A stretch of 64,000 nt of DNA from Histomonas meleagridis 2922-C6/04-290x. Lineage: Eukaryota; Protista; Parabasalia. This document shows, piece by piece, positions 55,835 to 64,000 of the stretch. Positions within the stretch are counted from its first letter, which is position 1. Every line of letters starts with the position of its first letter. The position numbers and the translations under genes are program-made. The notes below the pieces were generated by a model. That model searched no databases, was not told where the DNA came from, and saw only the letters and a list, made by a program, of their open reading frames with translations. Where the stretch lies: positions 62,001 through 126,000 of the forward strand of contig JAANOX010000085.1 of assembly GCA_020184695.1 (NCBI GenBank), read 5' to 3'.

Positions 55835-56716
55835 TTAGTAAATATTTAAAGCAGGCATTGAGAAAGATGGCTTAGGCCCAATTGTGTCGTTTGCTGGTAT
55901 TGACTTGTTCATTATCCAAGGGTGTTTGAGAGCATCTTCAGCCGTAATCCTCTGTTCCGGGTCGACTTTGATCATTGAGTCGATAAGGTTCTTAGCTGAG
56001 CTGCTAATACCCTTCCATATGCGTGCTGGGTAGAAATATGCTCCTTTTTGTATGCATCTTCTGAGACAACTTTCAGGTGTGATTGGAAATGGAGATGTCC
56101 CACTTAAAAGTGTATACATTGTCACGCCAAGCGACCACATATCAACACTCTTATCATATGGGATATGGTTAATGATCTCTGGAGCTGCAAAACGAAGTGT
56201 TCCAACATATTCATCTAATTTTTTCCCTGGTTCAACACGTGCAGCAAGACCAAAATCACTTAATGTGATAATGGGATAACTTGAATTCACTCCTGAAACA
56301 AGTATATTTTCTGTTTTTATGTCGCGATGACAAATATTATTTTTGTGTAAATATTTAAGTGCTTTCAAAGCAGCATAAATAATGTTGCGCACCATTGACT
56401 CGCTCATTCCACCGGTACCAAGTGCTGATGTTGTCAGGAATTTGTGAGCATTTACATCGGCCAAAGGCATAACAATACATTTGAATGATTGATAATTAAA
56501 AATGTCAAGAACGCTAATAACATATTGGCAATGAAGGTCTTTCAAAATATTGATTTCTGTTTCAGAATGTTCAGAATTTATGAGCATTTTAATTGCAACC
56601 TTTTTTGAATCAGGGGATTGAGCAGCGTATACTTTTGACAAGCAAGTTTCTGATATTAAACTCAAAATCTGATAATTGTTTATAACATCACCAGGTTGAG
56701 GAAAGGATCCAACCAT
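55835..56716 (-). CDS. CAMK-group Ser/Thr kinase
   Basis: VAIK, HRDIKTEN, DFG, GTLRFAAPE, DMWSLGV. Confidence 0.92.
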   Translation of the reverse strand: MVGSFPQPGDVINNYQILSLISETCLSKVYAAQSPDSKKVAIKMLINSEHSETEINILKDLHCQYVISVLDIFNYQSFKCIVMPLADVNAHKFLTTSALGTGGMSESMVRNIIYAALKALKYLHKNNICHRDIKTENILVSGVNSSYPIITLSDFGLAARVEPGKKLDEYVGTLRFAAPEIINHIPYDKSVDMWSLGVTMYTLLSGTSPFPITPESCLRRCIQKGAYFYPARIWKGISSSAKNLIDSMIKVDPEQRITAEDALKHPWIMNKSIPANDTIGPKPSFSMPALNIY

Positions 56717-56992
56717 GAAAAATCTTGTTTTCTGGTTTGAGTGTGCGGCATAGAAATTTCAATACATTTTTCAATATTTTACACAGACGATATTAATGAT
56801 TGTGTGTGAATCTCGACCGTTTAACATTATAACCGAGCAAAAGCTTTATGAACTTCGGTTTTTGAGTTGAAAATTTTGAGGGAAACATTGAAACATTTGA
56901 AGGTTAATTTTGCACAACCGTTTATTAATTTTTTTTTCTTTACTTTATTCAAATGTAATAATATTTTATTTGTTCTAATAAATAAACAGAAT

Positions 56993-58660
56993 TTACATTT
57001 TCCAATGGAAAGGAGTTACTATCTGTGAATTTCTATTTGCTTTAAACAAAGGCATTGTAACTTTTTTCGGTACATTTGATTTCTTTTTTTGTTTTCCAAC
57101 ACTCACTTGATACATATCACTTGATCGATCCAAATTAAAATTAATTTGTATGTCGCCAAGTAACTTCGCTAAGTTAACAGAGCTGTCGACTTTCGCAGCT
57201 TTCCTAGCGATTGCTGCCCAACTTTTATGTATAGCTGTTGCATTAGCTAAGTCTTGTTCATTCACCTTTATCATTGTTTGAGAAATATTTTCATAAACAA
57301 ATTGATCATTTTCATGCATCTTCTTTAATGCATTATGCGCAGCGTTACGAGTTTTAGGGTTCCAATGTTCGTTCATAGTTTTAGTATATGCTGAATAAAC
57401 AATTGGATATATTGCGGCTGCGTTATCAATGATCTTTGGAAGGATATAAATGTCATTCCAAATTTGCATTGAAGCTTCAGCAACTTTGGAATATTTCGTT
57501 GTCGCTACTTTCGCATATAATGAAAATAATGGGTTAATAATGCTCGGGAAATCTGTGGGCGTAACACGTTCGACAATAAAATTAATTAAGTTAACAAATA
57601 GAATTTGTTTCGATGGTTTTGATTTGGGCCAATATTTAATGGTATTCTCAAATATGGACTTACAAATCGATGGATTATCATTCGATAAAAGATCAATGAT
57701 CTCGGTTAAGAGTGGATAAAAAGTAGTTAAATGTTGTGAGGAATGAAGATGTACAACAACGCCATTATATATTTTAATGTAATTAGGATTTATGGGTTGT
57801 TGTGATTTGATCAGATGAATGAAAATTTTAAGAATTGGTGTGATACAAAATGGATAACATTTGTTGTCAAGATATTGGAATATACAAAAAAGCATTTTGG
57901 ATAGAATATATTGCTCATCTTCATTATGCGTATCAAGATAATTTTCAATCATAGTAGAAATATAATCACGCTCATTGAGATCAGGAGCATGGAGAAGAGG
58001 AAAAATTGTGGCAATGAACTTTTTGTCAAAATGTGGATCGGTTGGTCTGATCGATTGGTATTTGGAAAGAAGATCATAAATTATGGATAAATGTGACCAT
58101 GAAATATCTACCATTTGCGGCTCTTCATTTTGAAAAAGATATTTGGGATGGGTTGGGGGAATTGGACGAGTTATATTTGTATATACCATTTCAAAAAATT
58201 TGTTAATAATTTTGGTAGAAACAAGCCTGATCATTGTAGGTGATGCAAAAATATTCATTAGCTCTTTGAGTGTATCTGCTTTTATTGTTTTTGCTTCATG
58301 ATCAGCTTCATCATCTGCAAAATTACATAGAGTAGAGCAAAGCTCAATCTTCTTTTTTAAAAGGCTACATTCATTTTTGTTGAAAGGAACAGTAAGAAGT
58401 GGAAGAATAGGAAATTGAATATTATCATGATGCTTTTGCTTGAATTGAACAACAGTCATTAATTTGTTTGGAATTCCTACTTCATCAAAAGGTTCATCAA
58501 ATGGTTCAGATTCGCTTTTGGAATCATCAGAATCAATTGGATCAAGTGTCGGAGTACGAGCAGTATGAAACGACATTTTTTTAAAAACATTCGAAGACAG
58601 TGCTCGCTTTGGGATTGCAAGTGCTGATGTATTCCTATGGATATAGCGATTTAATTTCAT
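56993..58660 (-). CDS. PP2A regulatory subunit B' (B56)
   Basis: KKIELCSTLCNF, SWSHLSIIYDLL, PDLNERD, KYWPK, SKVAEASM..W, HWN pattern of the B56 family. Confidence 0.88.
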   Translation of the reverse strand: MKLNRYIHRNTSALAIPKRALSSNVFKKMSFHTARTPTLDPIDSDDSKSESEPFDEPFDEVGIPNKLMTVVQFKQKHHDNIQFPILPLLTVPFNKNECSLLKKKIELCSTLCNFADDEADHEAKTIKADTLKELMNIFASPTMIRLVSTKIINKFFEMVYTNITRPIPPTHPKYLFQNEEPQMVDISWSHLSIIYDLLSKYQSIRPTDPHFDKKFIATIFPLLHAPDLNERDYISTMIENYLDTHNEDEQYILSKMLFCIFQYLDNKCYPFCITPILKIFIHLIKSQQPINPNYIKIYNGVVVHLHSSQHLTTFYPLLTEIIDLLSNDNPSICKSIFENTIKYWPKSKPSKQILFVNLINFIVERVTPTDFPSIINPLFSLYAKVATTKYSKVAEASMQIWNDIYILPKIIDNAAAIYPIVYSAYTKTMNEHWNPKTRNAAHNALKKMHENDQFVYENISQTMIKVNEQDLANATAIHKSWAAIARKAAKVDSSVNLAKLLGDIQINFNLDRSSDMYQVSVGKQKKKSNVPKKVTMPLFKANRNSQIVTPFHWKM

Positions 58661-58883
58661 TTTTTAAAAAGCAAAGGATTCGTTTGCTGATGATTTAGTA
58701 GTTGAAAAAATTGTTTTTGTTCACAATTTTTGAGGAGGCTGATGGTGTTTCCGACCACTTTTCAGAATTACGCATCGTTTGCTTGAAATTGAAAAAAACC
58801 GTTTGACGAAAGTTAACATGACAAACCGTTACATTTTTGTAAAACGGCAAGAAAATGTGCGGGGTGCTCCATAAGAAAAACAA

Positions 58884-59807
58884 ATGGAGAAAGAACCAGA
58901 TGAAATTTTATTGACCACAGCACCCGTGTTTGTGGATAAACTCAAAAAAGAAGAAGCATTTGCAATTGGATTTACTTCAGGTTTATTATCAAGAACATTA
59001 TCATCTCCATTAATTAATTTTGCAAAATCAACAAACTTTTCCCAATTTAAAAATGAATTCACAAAAAATGGAATAATTTCAACATTGTGGAAAGGAAATG
59101 GACAAAATTCTATTTCATTTGGAGCAAAGTCTGCAATAGAATTTTTCACATATAATTCATTGACAAATAAAATTTCCAGAAAGTACCAACTGACTCCTTC
59201 AAAGAAAACTGTTATTGGCGTTTTTTCAAATCTTATATCTGAATTTGTAACTTTTCCACTTGTTTCATTAAAAACACATCCTCTTTCTACGTCAAACGGA
59301 ATATTTTATGCTCTTGCTGAAGTTACCACAGATGATGGTCTTCTTGGTCTTTATCGCAGATTATTTCCACAATTATTATTTAGTATTCCATTAGCTTCAA
59401 CAAGGTACTACCTAAAAGAAAAAATAAGCGCAAAGAGTAACAACACTATATTGAGATCATTTCTTCCAACAACAATTTCTTTTGCATTAACATATCCAAC
59501 AATTTTCATCAAATCAATGCTTTGGAAACATAATGAAACTGGGCAATTTTTATATACACTTCCAGAAATTCTACATAATGCATATGAAAAGAGAGGAATT
59601 TTAGGAGTTTATGAAGGATATACAAAACAATTTTTGAAAAATGTTCCACTACTTTCTCTTCAAAATATTCTCATAGATGAAATGAAAATAGCTTATTTGA
59701 ACATCAAAAACATTGTTATTGCTAGAGAAATGAAACGAAAAGAGCCATTAATTATTGAAGAACCAATTCCTGTTAAACCAAAATTTTGGAAATGGGAATG
59801 GTTTTAA
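58884..59807 (+). CDS. Degenerate mitochondrial-carrier (SLC25)-fold protein
   Basis: Three-repeat layout with G..LWKG / DGLLGLYR / RGILGVYEG; odd-helix motifs lack the acidic residue. Confidence 0.75.
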   Translation: MEKEPDEILLTTAPVFVDKLKKEEAFAIGFTSGLLSRTLSSPLINFAKSTNFSQFKNEFTKNGIISTLWKGNGQNSISFGAKSAIEFFTYNSLTNKISRKYQLTPSKKTVIGVFSNLISEFVTFPLVSLKTHPLSTSNGIFYALAEVTTDDGLLGLYRRLFPQLLFSIPLASTRYYLKEKISAKSNNTILRSFLPTTISFALTYPTIFIKSMLWKHNETGQFLYTLPEILHNAYEKRGILGVYEGYTKQFLKNVPLLSLQNILIDEMKIAYLNIKNIVIAREMKRKEPLIIEEPIPVKPKFWKWEWF

Positions 59808-59906
59808 AGATGAAATAGCATTTGCATATGTACTTTTTTTGTTTTTTTTTTTTTTTTTTCTTCATAAACTTTTTTTTATTTTATTTATTTTTTTGAATGT
59901 ATTGTC

Positions 59907-59927
59907 GTACGTTAACAAAAGTACGTT
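59907..59927 (+). promoter_or_regulatory. Tandem GTACGTT element upstream of ATG 59935
   Basis: GTACGTTAACAAAAGTACGTT. Confidence 0.6.
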
Positions 59928-59934
59928 TATTTTA

Positions 59935-60750
59935 ATGTTTTCTTTAGAAGAATTTGAAGCTGATTTTAAGATTAGTGATGGTTTTTATCATATTAACTTA
60001 TCAACAATTCCTTGTGAACAATTTGATTCATTTAAAGCAACACTGAATCAAATTTTAAATTCAATTGAAGGATTAACTCTTTCATGTATTTATTCACAAA
60101 ACTTAGATTCCCATAATGAAGAGGAAATACAAAATTTGGTAGGCGCTTATTTTCATGGGCTATTGTATATACTTCGTAATTTGTTATTAAATTCCAAAAT
60201 TTTCAAAGAAATTCAAATTGTAAATATAAAAAATAATTTAAAAGACATTATAGAACTTGCTTCATATGTAAAATTATCAAGAAACCTAATGTGCTTTTTC
60301 TTGAATGGAATCAAAATCGGAGATAATAACATTTACAAAATAACAAAACATTTAGAAGATTCTCAAATTCAATATGTGTCATTTCGCCAATGTGATTTAA
60401 CAAATGAATGTATACCAACAATTGTTGAATATATCACAAACGTCAGAAAAAAGTATAAAGAAAAAGGCCTTCTTCAAATTGACCTTTCAGATAATGAAAT
60501 AACGCAAAAATACTTCAATAAAGTTATTGAAGCATTGAAATCAATTCCAACAGATTCCAATAGTGAAGAATCAGAACGAGAACAATTACTTCAAGAAAAT
60601 GAAGCACTAAAGATACAAATCGACAGAATGAAAGGAATGCTTGAGGAAATCCAAAATAATGATGCATTGTTTATTGTGGGTGATGGATCGTATGCGGTTA
60701 TTGAGAAAATGAAAGAAATTACCAAAAGACTGAATAATCTAAAGTCTTGA
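59935..60750 (+). CDS. RNI-like LRR protein with C-terminal coiled coil
   Basis: LNGIKIGD, VSFRQCDLT, IDLSDNEIT repeats; ATG at 59935. Confidence 0.75.
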   Translation: MFSLEEFEADFKISDGFYHINLSTIPCEQFDSFKATLNQILNSIEGLTLSCIYSQNLDSHNEEEIQNLVGAYFHGLLYILRNLLLNSKIFKEIQIVNIKNNLKDIIELASYVKLSRNLMCFFLNGIKIGDNNIYKITKHLEDSQIQYVSFRQCDLTNECIPTIVEYITNVRKKYKEKGLLQIDLSDNEITQKYFNKVIEALKSIPTDSNSEESEREQLLQENEALKIQIDRMKGMLEEIQNNDALFIVGDGSYAVIEKMKEITKRLNNLKS

Positions 60751-61317
60751 TGCGGATGGTAACAAAATTTTTTTAAATCAAAAAATTATACTTTACATTT
60801 CATAAGTAAATACGAATATAAAGTGTTGTAAGCAAAAAAGGCAAATACAGTTTGTCAATAAAATCATTTATATAAGGGAAATTTTCACTTTAATAAGGTA
60901 TCTTCTTTTGTAAAAAATTTTCTGAAGCTATAACTGTATGCATTTTGCACATATTTTATCAAAGGAAAGTCATATATATATTTATGAAAATATATTTAAC
61001 GAAATTAAAAAAAAGTGATCAATTTTTTAAAACTCATAATCCTTATCTAGATAATTCAATGAAAGTCAGGAATCATGACATAATATTATTTGATACCAAA
61101 CAATTTCCCGGTGAAAACATTTGCTAAATGAGAATGCAAAAATATTTGGGCAAACGGTTGGTATTTCAATACATACCGGAACTTTTTTTGAATTACCACC
61201 GCATTTTTAAGTTCAGAAAATTTCTTGCTGCATTGAATTTTTGATTGGCAATTCATAAGTGGTTGAGGGTTTGATTCAAAAAGCACATTTATACGTACTG
61301 CATCATTATTTAAATAA

Positions 61318-61854
61318 ATGTTGTGCATGAATCAATTTGTTCAACAAATTCCTCCTCCTAAACTTAGTTCGTTCAAAAATGTAAAGCCGCATGAAAAATT
61401 CACTGAAATAGAAGATCAACATTTAAAAGAAGTTGTAGAAAGAATTGGTGATTTTGATTGGAATGCTATTGCCCATGAAATGCCTGGAAGAAATTCACGC
61501 CAATGCAAGGAGAGATGGTGTAATTATTTATCACCAACGCTTAATACTTCTCCATGGACAATAGAAGAAGACAAGTTACTTCTCATAAAACAAATGGAAC
61601 TAGGATCAAAATGGGTTAAAATATCAAAGTTCTTTAAAAATAGAACAGATGCAATGGTTAAAAACAGATTTAATGTTCTTATGAGAAAGAAAAAAAAAGG
61701 TCTTTTACCAGTTGATATGTATTCATATCCATGTCAAGCAACTACAACAGGAGATACACCTAAATTTAATGCTCAGCTAAAAACTTTCAAAGATGATGAA
61801 TTCTTCTTTTTCTCAAAGCATTCATTTTTTTTCGGAAAAAATTTCGATTTTTAG
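61318..61854 (+). CDS. R2R3 Myb transcription factor
   Basis: KFTEIEDQHL...W..IAHEMPGRNSRQCKERWCNYLSP...WTIEEDKLL...GSKW..ISKFFKNRTDAMVKNRF. Confidence 0.93.
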   Translation: MLCMNQFVQQIPPPKLSSFKNVKPHEKFTEIEDQHLKEVVERIGDFDWNAIAHEMPGRNSRQCKERWCNYLSPTLNTSPWTIEEDKLLLIKQMELGSKWVKISKFFKNRTDAMVKNRFNVLMRKKKKGLLPVDMYSYPCQATTTGDTPKFNAQLKTFKDDEFFFFSKHSFFFGKNFDF

Positions 61855-62770
61855 CCCATATAATATCATAAAAACTTGAAGATAAATAAAGTAAAAGTGA
61901 TTGATAGTTACGCTTTGTTCATAATATAAATAAAATATACTTTATGTTTTTTTGATATTATTGAAACAGGTTAGTATATAATTTCATATACTTTTTTTTT
62001 AGATATTTAAAAAAAATATTCGAAAATGTGTAATATTTGTTCTTTTTGTTTTATATCTAATTTCCGAAGTTGTGACCAATATTAGAATTTGATATTCTAA
62101 CATTTTATTTGAACGATCTTATATATCAAGATATTTATCTATTAAAACAATATTTTTCATGAAGTTTTTCTAATTTTTAAAATAGCTTACAGTACTTTTC
62201 TTTAGTTCATTAGCTTTTGGTTTATATATTTCAATTTGATTTTTAAGATTAAATATAATTTTACGTCATACTCAATTTTAAAAATCATCATTCAATCTAA
62301 TTCCATAATTCATCGATTTTCTCAAACCAGAAAATCAATTCTCATAATAATCTTTATATATACACAAATATTTTTTGTAAGTTGAAATGATTTTATTCAC
62401 TTGGAAGAAAAAGTGGAATCGATTTCGTTCTTTGATACAAAATCAACTTTTTGTGTCAGAAAGCGTGAAAATGGTCACTTTTCGATGGACGGCATCGGAA
62501 TTTTTTGCTTTATCTTTGTATATTTATATGATTTTCAGTATGCAATGAAAGTACTTGATAAATTCAGTACAGATATCAATGTGTAAATAAAATCATTTAA
62601 TAAATTCATAGTTCTGGATTGGGTATAACAATAAAAAACCGTTATATTCGAACTCCGATAAATTTTGATAATATGTTATTAAAAATTTTGCGACGATAAA
62701 ATATTTTGTATAGTACGATAGTCCACAATTTTTAAGAAATTTTTTTTCTTGTTTATTTCACTTTAATAAA

Positions 62771-63622
62771 ATGATGAAGACAAAGCTGAACAATGGCGTT
62801 GAAATACCATTACTTGGTTTTGGCGTTTTCCAAGTTACGGATTCCAAACAATGCAAGGAGGTAGTTCTTGAAGCAATCAAAGCAGGCTATCGCTTAATCG
62901 ATACAGCTGCAGTTTACGAAAATGAAGAAGCTGTTGGCGAAGCTATCAGAGAATCAGGTGTTCCACGTGAAGAACTCTTCATTACATCAAAATTATGGGT
63001 TCAAGATTATGGATATGAAAAGACAAAGAAAGCATTCGAAACATCATTGAAGAAACTCGGTCTTGAATACATTGATATGTATCTTCTTCACCAAGCATAC
63101 AGTGATTATTATGGTGCTTGGAGAGCATTAACCGAATTATATGAAGCAGGTAAGATTCGTGCAATTGGTGTTTCAAACTTTTATCCAGACCGCCTTCAAG
63201 ATCTGGTAATGAACAACAAAGTTGTGCCAGCTGTAAATCAAGTTGAATGTCATCCATTTTACCAAAAGACACCAGCTATTAAGCACATGGAAGAATTAGG
63301 AGTTAAATGTGAGGCATGGGGACCATTTGCTGAGGCAGGAAGAGGAATCTTCACCAATCCTGTTTTAGTTGGAATCGCTAAAAAGCATAACAAATCAGTT
63401 GCCCAAGTCATCCTTCGTTGGAACGTTCAAAGAGGTGTAATTGTTATTCCCAAATCTGTTCATAAGGAACGTATTATTGAAAACTTCAACATTTGGGACT
63501 TTCAATTGGATAAAGATGACATGGATGCCATTGCTGCCCTTGATACAGGAGAGAGCACAATCATTGACCATTACAATTATGGTATAATCAGATATTGCAA
63601 TACACACAAGATTCATGACTAA
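62771..63622 (+). CDS. Aldo-keto reductase (AKR5 / 2,5-DKG reductase-like)
   Basis: LNNGVEIPLLGFG, IDTAAVY, LFITSKLW, YLLHQ, AIGVSNF, NQVECHP, VIPKSVH..RI.EN. Confidence 0.95.
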   Translation: MMKTKLNNGVEIPLLGFGVFQVTDSKQCKEVVLEAIKAGYRLIDTAAVYENEEAVGEAIRESGVPREELFITSKLWVQDYGYEKTKKAFETSLKKLGLEYIDMYLLHQAYSDYYGAWRALTELYEAGKIRAIGVSNFYPDRLQDLVMNNKVVPAVNQVECHPFYQKTPAIKHMEELGVKCEAWGPFAEAGRGIFTNPVLVGIAKKHNKSVAQVILRWNVQRGVIVIPKSVHKERIIENFNIWDFQLDKDDMDAIAALDTGESTIIDHYNYGIIRYCNTHKIHD

Positions 63623-64000
63623 AAATGAACTTACAACATTTTTTGAACGTTAATTTTGAATGCTTTCTCAACGATAAATTTTAATGAATGAAAAATAATC
63701 GTATTTATATTTAAAAATAATTGGAAATTCACCAAATTTCACAGGTGTAAATAAAGCATTCAAAAAAAGCAAACAGTCAGCGGTTCGATTCACTGCATAT
63801 ACGATCGTATAATATTTTTTTAATTTTTTGCGAGAGAAAAAAATTGTAATATAACAAATATTATATATGATCTCACATTGATCATATATAAAAATGTTCA
63901 TTAAGTTTTCGAATAATTCATATGAAAAATTCAAATTTCCATATATAATCAATCTAAATTATTATGAAAGAACATGTAGTAACTCCCAATGATATAAATA

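Noticed and set aside
63775-63800. GGTTCGATTC tRNA T-loop-like word
   Set aside because: The T-stem does not pair and no cloverleaf can be built.
1-64000. Alternative genetic code or stop reassignment explaining the broken ORFs
   Set aside because: Conserved genes translate cleanly with the standard code; TAA, TAG and TGA all act as terminators; the ankyrin breaks are frame shifts, not stops.

Overview
AT-rich, gene-dense, essentially intron-less eukaryotic DNA. The gene repertoire (Myb factor, Rab/Arf, ankyrin families, short 5' UTRs with Inr/M3/M5-like promoter words, stop-overlapping TAAA) points to a parabasalid, probably Tritrichomonas-like (inference). About 35 protein genes are present, including a TOR-family kinase running off the left edge, a WW-MyTH4-RhoGAP, a mucin-stalked surface protein, ZNF598, GMF, a head-to-head RPL23/RPS5 pair, Arl, TRAP-gamma, NADAR, Rab, RFWD3, an Akt-like kinase, ACSL, metacaspase, EFHC1, a diflavin reductase, CDC27, PP2A-B56, a degenerate SLC25 carrier, R2R3-Myb and an aldo-keto reductase. 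No tRNA, rRNA, CRISPR array or intact transposon was seen. The strongest signal is in two ankyrin-repeat genes 38 kb apart. In both, each canonical C-terminal ankyrin repeat is a 90-nt coding block separated from the next by an AT-rich, frame-breaking spacer of fixed length (80 nt in 10 of 11 complete copies), always at the beta-hairpin position and with no parabasalid spliceosomal signals. This suggests an unrecognised removal mechanism (non-canonical splicing, ribosomal bypass or DNA excision). The second signal is a tandem GTACGTT element 7-15 nt before three start codons that lack an Inr.
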